Positions 1 through 9,955 of a stretch of 32,000 nt of DNA are shown here, piece after piece. The DNA is taken from sequence record HF562234.1. One strand, written 5' to 3'. Each line of letters opens with the position of its first letter. The stretch's first letter is position 1. Position numbers and translations under genes: made by a program. The notes below the pieces were generated by a model. The model worked only from the letters and a program-made list of their open reading frames with translations. It was not told where the DNA came from and made no database searches.

Positions 1-1163
1 AAAATTAATTAGAAGTTCTTATGTAGATTTAAAATAAGTAAAATAAAAGATGTATTTTATTAAGAGCCAGTATTTTTTCTAAGTATAGTTTTACGTTATC
101 GTAATCTACTTAATAATTTTTACTTTATAAAGATAGAAAAGATGTAACTATATTTTTAAGTATTGATAGTCCAATTATATAATTATATTAATGTTATAAT
201 CAAAATCTAACAAACGCATCAAATCATCAACATTAAATATTTAAATCTTAATTTCAAAAAATTACATTTTTCTTAATAAATATTGAGGAGTATTTTAGAT
301 ATGTATATTCTTATTTTCTAATTTTATTATAATTTTTATCTAGGCATAGCAAAGTATTTTTTTAATAACTAAGTAACTATAATCTAGCCTAATATATGAA
401 AAATGAATAAGAATATAAGGCTAAATTTGGCTAAAGTTCTTTCTAAGAAAGCTAGCATATGACATGTCCAGTTATATTAAAATTTAAATTTTTAGCTTCT
501 ATTTTGCTTTTTAATATATAAGTAAACTAAGTAATTATATTGCTAAAATTGTCTACACAGGATATCTTAGTCATATAGTGAATAACAAAGATCTTTATAA
601 ATATAAATAAAACTATCAAATTTTAATTACAGGCTTATGATCTGGTAATGTATGGAGATATCAGTTTTCTTGTAGTAGTAACTAGCCACAATACAATTAA
701 GTCTGTATTAATAAAAATTTAAAAGCTTATCATGTTCATTAGCGAATCTTTGTACTATAAACAAATATATTTTTCAAGATATAACTAAAAATAATGGTAG
801 AAAATATTAATTCAAGACTTAGAAAAAATATAATAAGACACAATCTTGTGTTTTAAGAATAGTAAAAATTTTCCCGGTATTATATTTTGCTTAGCATGGA
901 TTTCAAAATCCTTTTTTTAATGTTGTAATTATACTTATATATTTACAAATACATAAACTATGGTAACTAATATAAAACATACTATTTGCATAGTTATATA
1001 ATAGCAGGTAATAATGTTACGATTACTAGTTCTAAAGAAAGAATAAAAAAATACAATTGGAAAATAAAGATATTTTGTTATGTATTCAATATATTAGGAC
1101 GCTATTTACTAATGTACAGTATTTGACAAAAAGATTTTTAAATGAGACTATATACTTAATTAA
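1..1163. other. ORF-free, very AT-rich spacer; runs off the left edge of the window
   Basis: No ORF of 60 aa or more on either strand in the supplied track. My manual scan of plus-strand ATGs finds only ORFs of about 25 codons or fewer. I saw no tRNA-like GC island and no rnpB, ssrA or ffs signature motifs, only short weak hairpins. Confidence 0.6.
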
Positions 1164-1237
1164 GGGACTGTAGTTCAATTGGTTAGAGCACCGCCCTGTC
1201 ACGGCGGAAGTTGCGGGTTCGAATCCCGTCAGTCCCG
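1164..1237 (+). tRNA. trnD: tRNA-Asp (anticodon GUC)
   Basis: 74-nt cloverleaf. Acceptor stem GGGACTG/CAGTCCC with discriminator G. Anticodon stem-loop GCCCTGTCACGGCGG carries GTC. T-arm is GCGGGTTCGAATCCCGT. Confidence 0.93.
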
Positions 1238-1256
1238 TTGAATTTCTTTAAATCAT

Positions 1257-3137
1257 TTATATTGCGTAATTATATTTCTCCGGTACAAGCGTATATTCGT
1301 TAATAATTTTTCTAAATTCTTCACCGTCAATCGTTTCTTGTTCTATTAATAGATCTACGAGTCTGTCAATAACTACACGATTATCTTCTATTATCTTAAT
1401 TGTATTATTATGACATTCTTTTACTATTTCTTGTATTTGTTTATCAATTTTAATAGCTATTTCATCTGAATATTCATTGGAATTACTCATTCCTCTTCCT
1501 AAAAAAGGATTGGTCTCTTCATTTTCTAAAGAAAGAGGTCCTATGTTGGACATACCGAATCTTGTTACCATTTGTCTTGCCATTGAAGTCACTTGTTGTA
1601 AATCATTACTTGCACCTGTCGTAACTTCTGCGTCTCCAAACACTACTTCTTCTGCGGCTCTTCCGCCTAATGCACCCATTATTCTAGATTTGATTTGAGA
1701 TCTTGAAATTAAACTTTGATCTTCTGAAGGTGTGAACCAAGTTAATCCTCTTGCTTGTCCTCTAGGTATTAGAGTTACTTTTTGTACAGGGTCATGATCT
1801 TGTAATAGAGTTCCTACTATAGCATGCCCAATTTCATGATATGCTATTAAGCGTTTACTTTTACTATCAATTAAAGGAGTTCCTTCCATGCCAGCAACAA
1901 CTCTATCTATAGATGCATCTATTTCATTTAATGTAATAGTTTGTTTTCTTCTTCTTGCTGTTAAGATAGCAGCTTCATTAAGTAAGTTAGCTAAATCCGC
2001 GCCCGAAAAACCAGGAGTTCTTCTTGCTATTATATTTAGAGATACGCTTTCATCTATCTTTTTATTACGTGCATGTACTTTTAAAATAGCTAGTCGTCCT
2101 TTAAAATCGGGAACTTCGACAGCTACTTGTCTATCAAAACGTCCAGGTCTTAATAATGCTGAATCCAATATATCGGCTCTGTTAGTTGCTGCAATTACTA
2201 TTATTCCTGTATTACCTTCAAAGCCATCCATTTCAGTTAATAATTGATTAAGTGTTTGTTCTCGTTCATCATTTCCGCCTCCTATACCTGTTCCTCTTTG
2301 TCGACCTACGGCATCAATTTCATCAATAAAAACAATACAAGGTGCATTTTCTTTTGCTTTTTTAAATAAATCTCTAACTCTTGATGCTCCTACACCGACA
2401 AACATTTCGACAAATTCTGATCCTGAAATACTGAAAAAAGGTACATTAGCTTCACCTGCTATAGCTTTTGCCAATAAAGTTTTTCCAGTTCCAGGAGGAC
2501 CAACAAGTAACACACCTGTAGGTATCCTAGCTCCTACAGCTGTAAAACATTCTGGTTGCTTTAAAAAAGTTACTACTTCTTCAAATTCTTCTTTTGCTTC
2601 ATCAATTCCAGCTACATCATTAAATACTACACCTGTTTTTGCTTCCATTTGAAATAATGCTTTAGATTTTCCAAAGGACATAGCTTGTCCTGGACCACTA
2701 TTGGTGTTATTAGACCTACGGAATAAAAATGCTAAGCCACCTATTAGAAATAATGGAAATAATAAATTTCCTATTAAATTCCAACTAGCACTTGTATTTT
2801 TATTTGGATGTGCATCTATATCAACATTGGCATGTTTCAATTTACTGATTAACTCAGGTGCGCTTGTAGGAAGTTCTACTCTAATTTTTTGTACATGATT
2901 GCCTAATTCTGGTCCAACAGCTTCAACAATAGCAGTATGTCCATTATCGTACATATCTACTCGTTTTACCCAACCCATCTCTAAATATTCAAGGAATCGT
3001 CCATAAGTCATTCTTGAGTTAGCGATATTATTATTTAGCTCATTATTTGCAGGTGTAATAAAACCTTGCCATAGAAAAAAGCCAATAATGACTATAGGTA
3101 AAGACCAGAGTAAAAAAGTTTTCCAAGATAGTTTCAT
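1257..3137 (-). CDS. ftsH: ATP-dependent zinc metalloprotease FtsH (ycf25)
   Basis: 626-aa ORF with an ATG start. Contains Walker A GPPGTGKT, Walker [10 protein letters not shown], second region of homology [20 protein letters not shown] and zinc site HEIGHA, plus two N-terminal hydrophobic segments. Confidence 0.97.
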   Translation of the reverse strand: MKLSWKTFLLWSLPIVIIGFFLWQGFITPANNELNNNIANSRMTYGRFLEYLEMGWVKRVDMYDNGHTAIVEAVGPELGNHVQKIRVELPTSAPELISKLKHANVDIDAHPNKNTSASWNLIGNLLFPLFLIGGLAFLFRRSNNTNSGPGQAMSFGKSKALFQMEAKTGVVFNDVAGIDEAKEEFEEVVTFLKQPECFTAVGARIPTGVLLVGPPGTGKTLLAKAIAGEANVPFFSISGSEFVEMFVGVGASRVRDLFKKAKENAPCIVFIDEIDAVGRQRGTGIGGGNDEREQTLNQLLTEMDGFEGNTGIIVIAATNRADILDSALLRPGRFDRQVAVEVPDFKGRLAILKVHARNKKIDESVSLNIIARRTPGFSGADLANLLNEAAILTARRRKQTITLNEIDASIDRVVAGMEGTPLIDSKSKRLIAYHEIGHAIVGTLLQDHDPVQKVTLIPRGQARGLTWFTPSEDQSLISRSQIKSRIMGALGGRAAEEVVFGDAEVTTGASNDLQQVTSMARQMVTRFGMSNIGPLSLENEETNPFLGRGMSNSNEYSDEIAIKIDKQIQEIVKECHNNTIKIIEDNRVVIDRLVDLLIEQETIDGEEFRKIINEYTLVPEKYNYAI

Positions 3138-3379
3138 GATTATTCAGTCTTAAAAATTTTATTTTTTTATACGTGTATATTATATTTAGCGTAAGTAAAA
3201 TTAAGCATAGTTTTATATTACGGTACTTACATAAATGTAACATTTTTGATATTTTAACGGCAACTATATTCTTTTAAATGTAAAAATAGTAAGACTCATT
3301 TGCTTTTAGTTTACATAAGTTCATTTATTCTATCTTATTTTGTAGTATTATATGAAATATAAAATTTATTGTTAAAGCT

Positions 3380-3565
3380 ATGATCAAAAAAGGTTCAAAA
3401 GTTAGAGTTTTAAGAAAAGAGTCATATTGGTACAAAGATACAGGTACTGTGATGAAAGTAAATAAAGATATTAAATATCCTGTTGTTGTTAGATTTATTA
3501 AAGAAACCTATAGTGGAGTTAATAGTAATAATTTTGCTGAAACTGAGTTGATATTAGTTAACTAA
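3380..3565 (+). CDS. psaE: Photosystem I subunit IV (PsaE)
   Basis: 61 aa. [24 protein letters not shown]...YPVVVRF...[11 protein letters not shown] is the typical PsaE SH3-like sequence. Confidence 0.93.
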   Translation: MIKKGSKVRVLRKESYWYKDTGTVMKVNKDIKYPVVVRFIKETYSGVNSNNFAETELILVN

Positions 3566-3571
3566 TAATAG

Positions 3572-3610
3572 AAAAGAAAAAGCATTATAAAAAATAATGC
3601 TTTTTCTTTT
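3572..3610. terminator. Perfect 17-bp stem with a 5-nt loop between convergent psaE and psbH
   Basis: AAAAGAAAAAGCATTAT (3572-3588) pairs perfectly with ATAATGCTTTTTCTTTT (3594-3610); the loop is AAAAA. It sits 6 nt after the psaE stop and 13 nt after the psbH stop. Confidence 0.6.
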
Positions 3611-3623
3611 TTATATATAGTCT

Positions 3624-3827
3624 CTAATTTTTTAGAGTAGCCCAGTCTACATCTACATTTTCTAGAATTAATGAAGAATTATATATTTGTAAAATAATTA
3701 ATAAAAAGAGAAAAAATAGAAGCATAAATATAGCCATAATAGGTGTTGTTCCCCATCCTGGAGCAACTTTTCCATATTCAGAATTCAACGGTCTTAAGAT
3801 TTCACCTAATCTAGTTCTTAGTGCCAT
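3624..3827 (-). CDS. psbH: Photosystem II phosphoprotein PsbH
   Basis: 67 aa. Contains the signature [19 protein letters not shown] followed by one transmembrane helix. Confidence 0.95.
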   Translation of the reverse strand: MALRTRLGEILRPLNSEYGKVAPGWGTTPIMAIFMLLFFLFLLIILQIYNSSLILENVDVDWATLKN

Positions 3828-3909
3828 AGTCTTTATTATTCATTTTTGATATTATGTTATATCTATAATAGTATTATAGAAACAACTTAATTTTATTTGT
3901 ATTTGATTT

Positions 3910-4041
3910 ATGGAAACTGCAACAGTTCTTAGTATTTTTATTTCAAGTTTACTACTAGGTATTACAATATACTCTATATATACTGCTTTTGGCCCTGTTT
4001 CAAAAGAATTGAGAGATCCTTTTGAAGAGCATGAAGAATAA
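3910..4041 (+). CDS. psbN: PsbN
   Basis: Hand-translated 43 aa: [43 protein letters not shown]. It is below the ORF-track cutoff. It lies on the opposite strand between psbT and psbH, as in the conserved psbB block. Confidence 0.92.
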   Translation: METATVLSIFISSLLLGITIYSIYTAFGPVSKELRDPFEEHEE

Positions 4042-4086
4042 TATATTACATCTTCTTTTATTTATAAATTTATATTTATAAAGCTA

Positions 4087-4122
4087 ACCAATCTTATAAT
4101 TTATCTTAATTATAAGATTGGT
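4087..4122. terminator. Perfect 15-bp stem with a 6-nt loop between convergent psbN and psbT
   Basis: ACCAATCTTATAATT (4087-4101) pairs with AATTATAAGATTGGT (4108-4122); the loop is TATCTT. Confidence 0.5.
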
Positions 4123-4154
4123 CGTAATTTATGTTTTATTTATATATACTATAC

Positions 4155-4250
4155 TTATTTTGCAATCCTTGGAGGATCTCTAAAAAAGATTGCAAAGAAG
4201 ATCACCATTAAAGTCCCTACTAATAGAAATACATATACGAGTGCTTCCAT
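4155..4250 (-). CDS. psbT: Photosystem II protein PsbT
   Basis: Hand-translated 31 aa: [31 protein letters not shown]. It lies immediately downstream of psbB. Confidence 0.93.
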   Translation of the reverse strand: MEALVYVFLLVGTLMVIFFAIFFRDPPRIAK

Positions 4251-4283
4251 TTTTTTCTCCTGATTATAATTATATAGTTAAAA

Positions 4284-5813
4284 TTATACAGCACCTTGTT
4301 TTTTACTACTTCTATCTCCTAACTTCTGGAACGCACCAAATTCAACTTGTTCTGTTACTTCTGCTCCTATACCTGCAAACACATCTCTGAAAATAGTTCT
4401 GGATCCATGCCATAAATGTCCAAAGAAGAATATCAGTGCAAAATTAGCATGCCCGAATGTAAACCAGCCTCTTGGGCTACTGCGAAAGACACCATCAGAT
4501 TCTAGAGTTGTACGATCAAATTCAAAAACTTCTCCTAACTGAGCTTTACGCGCATATTTTTTTACGCTTGGTGCATCTGTGAATACTTTTCCATTTAATT
4601 TCCCTCCATAGAAGTTTACTGTTACACCAACTTGTTCGATACTATATTTTGATTCTGCTCTTCTAAATGGTATATCAGCCCTAATAATTCCATCTTTATC
4701 TATAAGGATGACTGGGAAAGTTTCAAAAAATGCAGGCATTCTTCTAACAGTTAATTCTCTACCATCTTTATCTTGAAAAATTGGATGACCTAACCATGCT
4801 TCAGCAATACCATCACCTTTATCCATGGGACCAGCTCTAAATAGTCCACCTTTTGCAGGATTATTTCCAATATAATCGTAAAAGGCTAATTTGTCAGGTA
4901 TTTTTGACCATGCTTCTTCAGGGGTTGATCCTTCATTTAAGGAATTTTCTATTCTACGTTCTATTTCTTGTTGAAAGTATCCACTATCCCATTGATATCT
5001 TGTTGGACCAAATAACTCTAAAGGCGTAGTAGCAGAACCATACCACATTGTTCCACATGTTATAAAAGCACTAAAAAAAACAGCTGAAATACTGCTTGAT
5101 AGTACAGTCTCTATGTTTCCCATTCTTAATGCTCTATATAATCTTTGTGGTGGTCTAACAGTTAAATGAAATAATCCAGCTAATATGCCAACTGTACCGG
5201 CTGCTATATGATGTGAAGCTACACCACCTGGATTAAATGGATTAAATCCATCAGGACCCCATGCAGGAGCAACAGGTTGTACTTTACCAGTTACACCGTA
5301 GGCATCAGAGATCCAAATACCCGGTCCAAATAGACCTGTTGCATGGAATGCACCAAATCCAAAACAGAGTAAACTAGATAGCAAAAGATGTATTCCAAAA
5401 ATTTTTGGTAAGTCTAGAGCAGGTTCACCTGTTCTAGGGTCTCTAAATAATTCCAAATCCCAATAAACCCAGTGCCATATTGATGCTAAAAACAGCATAC
5501 CTGATAATACAATATGTGTAATTGCAACACCTTCAAAGCTCCATAAGCCAGGATTAGAAACACTTTCTCCGGTAATACTCCATCCACCCCATGAGTCAGT
5601 AACGCCCAGTCTTGACATAAAAGGCATTACAAACATGCCTTGTCTCCACATTGGATTTAAGACAGGATCAGATGGATCAAAAACGGCTAACTCATATAAA
5701 GCCATTGATCCTGCCCAACCAGATACTAGGGCTGTGTGCATTAAATGTACAGAAATTAAGCGTCCAGGATCATTTAACACAACTGTATGTACACGATACC
5801 ATGGTAGTCCCAT
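4284..5813 (-). CDS. psbB: Photosystem II CP47 chlorophyll apoprotein
   Basis: 509 aa starting [41 protein letters not shown]; full-length CP47. A GGAGG Shine-Dalgarno-like box lies about 11 nt upstream. Confidence 0.98.
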   Translation of the reverse strand: MGLPWYRVHTVVLNDPGRLISVHLMHTALVSGWAGSMALYELAVFDPSDPVLNPMWRQGMFVMPFMSRLGVTDSWGGWSITGESVSNPGLWSFEGVAITHIVLSGMLFLASIWHWVYWDLELFRDPRTGEPALDLPKIFGIHLLLSSLLCFGFGAFHATGLFGPGIWISDAYGVTGKVQPVAPAWGPDGFNPFNPGGVASHHIAAGTVGILAGLFHLTVRPPQRLYRALRMGNIETVLSSSISAVFFSAFITCGTMWYGSATTPLELFGPTRYQWDSGYFQQEIERRIENSLNEGSTPEEAWSKIPDKLAFYDYIGNNPAKGGLFRAGPMDKGDGIAEAWLGHPIFQDKDGRELTVRRMPAFFETFPVILIDKDGIIRADIPFRRAESKYSIEQVGVTVNFYGGKLNGKVFTDAPSVKKYARKAQLGEVFEFDRTTLESDGVFRSSPRGWFTFGHANFALIFFFGHLWHGSRTIFRDVFAGIGAEVTEQVEFGAFQKLGDRSSKKQGAV

Positions 5814-5962
5814 TGAACTCCGTGCCTCCTATAACAAGAAATTAATAATTTGCCTTTCTTACTCTAAAATTTACTCTTGTTTGTATATTTAATTTCGATT
5901 TTTTGTCGAAAGTGATTCACTTTAATATTATAACATTGTTATCAGTACCATAATCATATTTT

Positions 5963-6850
5963 TTATTCAAATTTATAAGAAATGATATTTTTTACAAGTA
6001 TTAGGCTTAGTATATTCACTATTAATAGTATGTAGATACTTTGAGATAAGTTTATATTAAACCATACACTTTCCATAATTATGGGATTATTGTATATATA
6101 GTCTGCAGTTGATAAATATCTAATACATTCTATTGAATAAGTCAATATATTTAGACTAGCAATAATTTGTAGCCAATAAGGCATAAAAGATAAAGGAGCT
6201 AAAGCAGTACTAGAAAAAAGCATCGGTAAATTAATGATAACAGTAAAAGCTAAAAATTCTATATGTCCAGGTAAAATGAATGCACAGCAAATGCTTATAC
6301 TAGCCATACTTAAAGTAATTAAACAAGTTATAAAAAGAATAGAAAAAATAGTTAGTGTATTGAAGGTATTATTATAAAATATTAAACTAAATACGATAAT
6401 AAATAATGTTTGGATAGTTGTGATAGTAGTTATAAAAAATATAGATGAAATTAATAAAGAATCACGTGAAATTAATGGTGAGATTAAAAGCCGATTTAAA
6501 AAACCAAATTCTCTATCGAACATTAAAGGTAATCCGGCATTAATTGCACCATTAAACGACGTAAATGTAATAATACCAGCACTTAAAAAGGTTCCATATG
6601 TAATATTGGATGTTAATAATCCAACAGGCGCATTTTGAAATAATCCGCCAAATAATAGTAACCATAATAATGGTTGTATAATTCCTGAAATGATTGTTGA
6701 AGGTCTTCTTCTAGTTTGTATATAAAGTCGTTTGCTCAGAGCTTGAATTTCATAGTAGATGCATGAAAATTGAATTTTTCTTTTAATCTTATTTTTTGGT
6801 TTTAATTCTAAAATGATACTACTAGATAAATTATTAAAGGTACTTATCAT
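5963..6850 (-). CDS. ycf38: ABC-2 type transporter permease (ycf38-like)
   Basis: 295 aa with about six hydrophobic segments. The N-terminal region YYEIQALSKRLYIQTRRRPSTIISGIIQPLLWLLLFG is typical of ABC-2 permeases. The ycf38 name comes from my memory of red algal plastid annotation. Confidence 0.7.
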   Translation of the reverse strand: MISTFNNLSSSIILELKPKNKIKRKIQFSCIYYEIQALSKRLYIQTRRRPSTIISGIIQPLLWLLLFGGLFQNAPVGLLTSNITYGTFLSAGIITFTSFNGAINAGLPLMFDREFGFLNRLLISPLISRDSLLISSIFFITTITTIQTLFIIVFSLIFYNNTFNTLTIFSILFITCLITLSMASISICCAFILPGHIEFLAFTVIINLPMLFSSTALAPLSFMPYWLQIIASLNILTYSIECIRYLSTADYIYNNPIIMESVWFNINLSQSIYILLIVNILSLILVKNIISYKFE

Positions 6851-6883
6851 TATATTAAGGGTGTAAATTTATATGAAAAAATT

Positions 6884-6912
6884 TTGACTGTATTCTTGTA
6901 ATTTTTTATAAT
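6884..6912 (+). promoter_or_regulatory. Candidate sigma70-type promoter for petF (TTGACT-17-TATAAT)
   Basis: TTGACT at 6884-6889, a 17-nt spacer, then TATAAT at 6907-6912, about 150 nt upstream of petF. A second candidate is TTGAAT (6960-6965), a 15-nt spacer and TATAAT (6981-6986). Confidence 0.4.
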
Positions 6913-7065
6913 TATTTCTTTTTTTTATATTATATTGTATATTTAATCTTATTTTATGCTTGAATTTTAATTAAATAAGTTATAATCATGTTAAATATTT
7001 AAGAAGTAATTTATTTTATTTGATTAATTCAATTATTTGGGCTAAATAATACGAGGATAAAGTAT

Positions 7066-7362
7066 ATGGCTGATTATACAGTAAAGTTAATAGATATAGA
7101 TAAGAATGAAATAGATCTAGTCTGTCCAGATGATTCATATATACTTGATGTAGCTGAAGTTGAAGGTATTGATCTACCATATTCTTGTAGGGCAGGTTCT
7201 TGTTCTACGTGTGCTGGAAAAGTATTACAAGGTTCAGTTGACCAATCAGATCAGTCTTTTCTAGATGATGATCAAATAGAAGCAGGATGGGTGTTAACCT
7301 GCGTAGCTTATCCTCTAACTGATTGTACTGTTGCTACACATTTAGAAGAAGGACTATACTAA
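7066..7362 (+). CDS. petF: Plant-type [2Fe-2S] ferredoxin
   Basis: 98 aa. Cluster ligands lie in [14 protein letters not shown]...LTCVAYP. The protein ends in LY, which is typical of cyanobacterial and algal ferredoxins. A GAGGA box lies upstream. Confidence 0.96.
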   Translation: MADYTVKLIDIDKNEIDLVCPDDSYILDVAEVEGIDLPYSCRAGSCSTCAGKVLQGSVDQSDQSFLDDDQIEAGWVLTCVAYPLTDCTVATHLEEGLY

Positions 7363-7440
7363 TCCAGTGAATATCAATAAATGAGAATATCTATTTAAAT
7401 AGATATTCTCATTTATTGATATTCACTGGATTAGTATAGT
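7353..7440. repeat. 88-bp perfect palindrome (two 44-nt arms) spanning the petF/rps10 junction; probable bidirectional 3' stem-loop
   Basis: I checked base by base that position p pairs with 14793-p for every p from 7353 to 7396. The centre is TATTT|AAATA. It covers the last 10 nt of petF and the last 10 nt of rps10, including both TAA stops. Confidence 0.9.
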
Positions 7441-7751
7441 TTTACTTCGATATCTACACCAGGCGGTATGTTAAGCTTCATTAAAGCATCAATTGTTTGT
7501 GATATAGGTTCGTATATATCTATAATTCTACTATGTGATCTTATTTCAAAATGTTCTCTTGAGTCTTTATCTACATGTGGAGAACGAAGAACGCAATAAA
7601 TTTTACGTTTAGTAGGTAAAGGTATAGGACCTATCGTTTTTACTTTTGTTCTATTAGCTGTATTTATAATTGTATTACAAGATTTAGTTAATAAGTGATG
7701 ATCATATCCTTTAAGCTTTATTCTTATTTTATTTTTGTTTGAAATTGTCAT
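7431..7751 (-). CDS. rps10: Ribosomal protein S10
   Basis: 106 aa. Contains [13 protein letters not shown]...[31 protein letters not shown]. Confidence 0.96.
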   Translation of the reverse strand: MTISNKNKIRIKLKGYDHHLLTKSCNTIINTANRTKVKTIGPIPLPTKRKIYCVLRSPHVDKDSREHFEIRSHSRIIDIYEPISQTIDALMKLNIPPGVDIEVKLY

Positions 7752-7768
7752 ATTGTAAATCTTCTATT

Positions 7769-8998
7769 TTATGCTAAAATTTTAGAAACTACACCAGCCC
7801 CTACAGTTCTTCCTCCTTCACGAATAGCAAATCTCATTCCTTGTTCTATAGCAATGGGGTTAATTAATTCTGCACTCATTTTAATACGATCTCCAGGCAT
7901 TACCATTTCTGCTTTTGAACCATCATCTGCTGTAAATTGTGTAATTGTTCCAGTAACATCTGTTGTTCTTACATAAAACTGAGGCCGGTATCCAGAAAAA
8001 AATGGTGTGTGTCGACCACCTTCTTCTTTTGTTAAAATATATACTTGTGCTTCAAAGAGAGTATGTGGGGTAATAGTTCCTGGTTGTGCTAGTACCATAC
8101 CTCTTTCAATATCTTTTTTTTGTACACCTCTTAATAAAATACCGATATTGTCTCCAGCCATACCCTCATCTAAAGTTTTTTGAAACATTTCTAGGCCTGT
8201 AATAGTAGTAGTAGTAGTTTTTTTCAAGCCTACAATTTCGATTGTATCTCCTACTTTAATTATACCTCTTTCAATTCTACCTGTTGCTACAGTACCTCTT
8301 CCAGTAATAGAAAATACATCTTCTACAGCCATTAAAAATGTTTTTTCTGTATCTCTGACAGGAGTTGGTATATATTCATCTATAGAATCCATTAAAGAAT
8401 GAATTTTATCAACCCATTTATCTTTACCTCTTTTAATATTATTTTCATTAGTTACTTTATTTAAAGCTAATAATGCTGATCCAGCAACAAATGGTACATC
8501 ATCACCAGGAAAATCGTATTGTGTTAAAAGTTCACGAACTTCTAGTTCTACTAATTCTAATAATTCATCATCATCAACCTGATCTTCTTTATTTAGAAAT
8601 ACAACAATATTAGGTACACCAACTTGTTTTGATAATAAAATATGTTCTCTAGTTTGTGGCATAGGTCCATCAGCAGCAGAAACGACTAAAATAGCACCAT
8701 CCATTTGTGCAGCACCAGTAATCATATTTTTAACATAATCAGCATGTCCTGGGCAGTCTACATGAGCATAATGCCTGTTTTCAGTTTCATACTCTACATG
8801 TGCAGTGTTAATAGTAATGCCTCTTGCTTTTTCTTCAGGAGCAGCATCAATTTCATCAAACTTTTTTGCTTTTGTATCACTTGCAGCAGCTAACGTTGCA
8901 GATATAGCAGCTGTTAAAGTTGTTTTACCGTGGTCTACATGTCCAATTGTTCCAATGTTTACATGAGGTTTTTTACGCTCAAATTTTGCACGTGCCAT
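7769..8998 (-). CDS. tufA: Elongation factor Tu
   Basis: 409 aa. G1 motif [10 protein letters not shown]3 motif DCPGHADY and G4 motif NKED are present. Confidence 0.98.
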   Translation of the reverse strand: MARAKFERKKPHVNIGTIGHVDHGKTTLTAAISATLAAASDTKAKKFDEIDAAPEEKARGITINTAHVEYETENRHYAHVDCPGHADYVKNMITGAAQMDGAILVVSAADGPMPQTREHILLSKQVGVPNIVVFLNKEDQVDDDELLELVELEVRELLTQYDFPGDDVPFVAGSALLALNKVTNENNIKRGKDKWVDKIHSLMDSIDEYIPTPVRDTEKTFLMAVEDVFSITGRGTVATGRIERGIIKVGDTIEIVGLKKTTTTTITGLEMFQKTLDEGMAGDNIGILLRGVQKKDIERGMVLAQPGTITPHTLFEAQVYILTKEEGGRHTPFFSGYRPQFYVRTTDVTGTITQFTADDGSKAEMVMPGDRIKMSAELINPIAIEQGMRFAIREGGRTVGAGVVSKILA

Positions 8999-9021
8999 AT
9001 CATTTATATTCCTAATTTTTA

Positions 9022-9492
9022 TTAATATCTATAATGAGCAAAAGCTTTATTAGCTTCAGCCATTCTATGAGTTTCTTCTTTTTTACGAATAGTACTTCCA
9101 CTTTCATTTGCAGCATCTATAATTTCATTCGCAAGCTTCAAAGACATATTCTTGCCAGATCTTTCATTTGAAAATTTAGTTAGCCATCTTAAAGCAAGGT
9201 TTGTCCCTCGATATGCTCTTACTTCTATAGGAACTTGATATGTTGATCCTCCTACTCTTCTTGCTTTAACTTCTACAAGTGGAGTAGAGTTACGAATTGC
9301 TTTTTCTAAGATTTCTAAAGGATAATTAGATGTTTTTTCCTTAATAATATCTAATGCTTCATATATAATCTTTTGAGCTATCCCTTTTTTGCCACTCTTT
9401 AATATACGTACTGTTAACATACTAATAAGTTTACTGTTGTATATTGGATCAGGCAAAACTAGTCTTTTTTTTGCTATATTACGACGAGACAT
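9022..9492 (-). CDS. rps7: Ribosomal protein S7
   Basis: The start is placed at the internal ATG ([10 protein letters not shown]...), giving 156 aa. The 24 upstream codons of the track ORF are not S7-like and would overlap rps12. Confidence 0.92.
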   Translation of the reverse strand: MSRRNIAKKRLVLPDPIYNSKLISMLTVRILKSGKKGIAQKIIYEALDIIKEKTSNYPLEILEKAIRNSTPLVEVKARRVGGSTYQVPIEVRAYRGTNLALRWLTKFSNERSGKNMSLKLANEIIDAANESGSTIRKKEETHRMAEANKAFAHYRY

Positions 9493-9538
9493 TTGTGATG
9501 ATTGTATAAATTTATAAAATAGTATAAGTATTAATATG

Positions 9539-9913
9539 TTACATTTTTGGTTTTTTAGTTCCATATTTTGAGCGACTATTCTTTCTGTCTTTAACTCCAG
9601 CAGAATCTAAAGTACCTCGTATTACATGATATCTTACACCAGGTAAATCTTTAACACGACCACCCCTAATTAAAACAACTGAATGTTCTTGAATATTATG
9701 GCCTATACCGGGTATATATGCTGTAACTTCAAACCCAGAAGTCAATCTCACTCTAGCTACTTTGCGTAAAGCAGAATTTGGTTTTTTAGGTGTAGTTGTA
9801 TAAACCCTAGTACATACACCCCTTCTTTGTGGGCAAGCTTTTAATGCAGGAGATTTAGTTTTTTTCTCAGATTTTTTTCTTTCAGATCTTACTAATTGTT
9901 GAATTGTTGGCAT
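9539..9913 (-). CDS. rps12: Ribosomal protein S12
   Basis: 124 aa. Contains MPTIQQLVR...[17 protein letters not shown]. Confidence 0.98.
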   Translation of the reverse strand: MPTIQQLVRSERKKSEKKTKSPALKACPQRRGVCTRVYTTTPKKPNSALRKVARVRLTSGFEVTAYIPGIGHNIQEHSVVLIRGGRVKDLPGVRYHVIRGTLDSAGVKDRKNSRSKYGTKKPKM

Positions 9914-9955
9914 TAGTTATATTTTTATATTCATATTTAATTGAATATCCTTTAT

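Noticed and set aside
1123-1156. A TTGACA (1123-1128) and a TATACT (1151-1156) lie upstream of trnD.
   Set aside because: The spacer is 22 nt, too long for a sigma70-type promoter. TATACT is well placed 7 nt before the tRNA 5' end but has no usable -35 box, so the promoter call is not supportable.
1477-2898. Plus-strand ORFs 1477-1698, 1888-2247 and 2701-2898 lie antisense to ftsH.
   Set aside because: They lie entirely inside a full-length, motif-intact ftsH. They have low-complexity, non-homologous translations, and at least one uses a non-ATG start. They are typical shadow ORFs.
3043-3243. A 66-aa minus-strand ORF overlaps the ftsH start. A 66-aa plus-strand ORF (4190-4390) overlaps psbT and the end of psbB.
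   Set aside because: Both overlap confidently identified genes and have junk-like sequence. Most of the second is antisense to psbT and psbB.
5893-5911. A 6-bp hairpin TTTCGA/TCGAAA lies between the ycf38 stop and the psbB promoter region.
   Set aside because: The stem is too short and weak to call a terminator with any confidence, and I found no convincing psbB -35/-10 pair either.
8204-8218. An (AGT)5 trinucleotide run on the plus strand encodes Thr x5 in tufA ([15 protein letters not shown]).
   Set aside because: It is in frame and length-neutral relative to the EF-Tu segment I recall (K.TQKSTCTGVEMF). It may be a slippage-prone microsatellite and useful as a marker, but it is not functionally remarkable.
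9493-9564. A 24-codon in-frame N-terminal extension of rps7 ([24 protein letters not shown]) appears in the ORF track.
   Set aside because: It is not S7-like and would overlap the rps12 3' end. The canonical S7 N-terminus MSRRNIAKK begins at the ATG at 9492.
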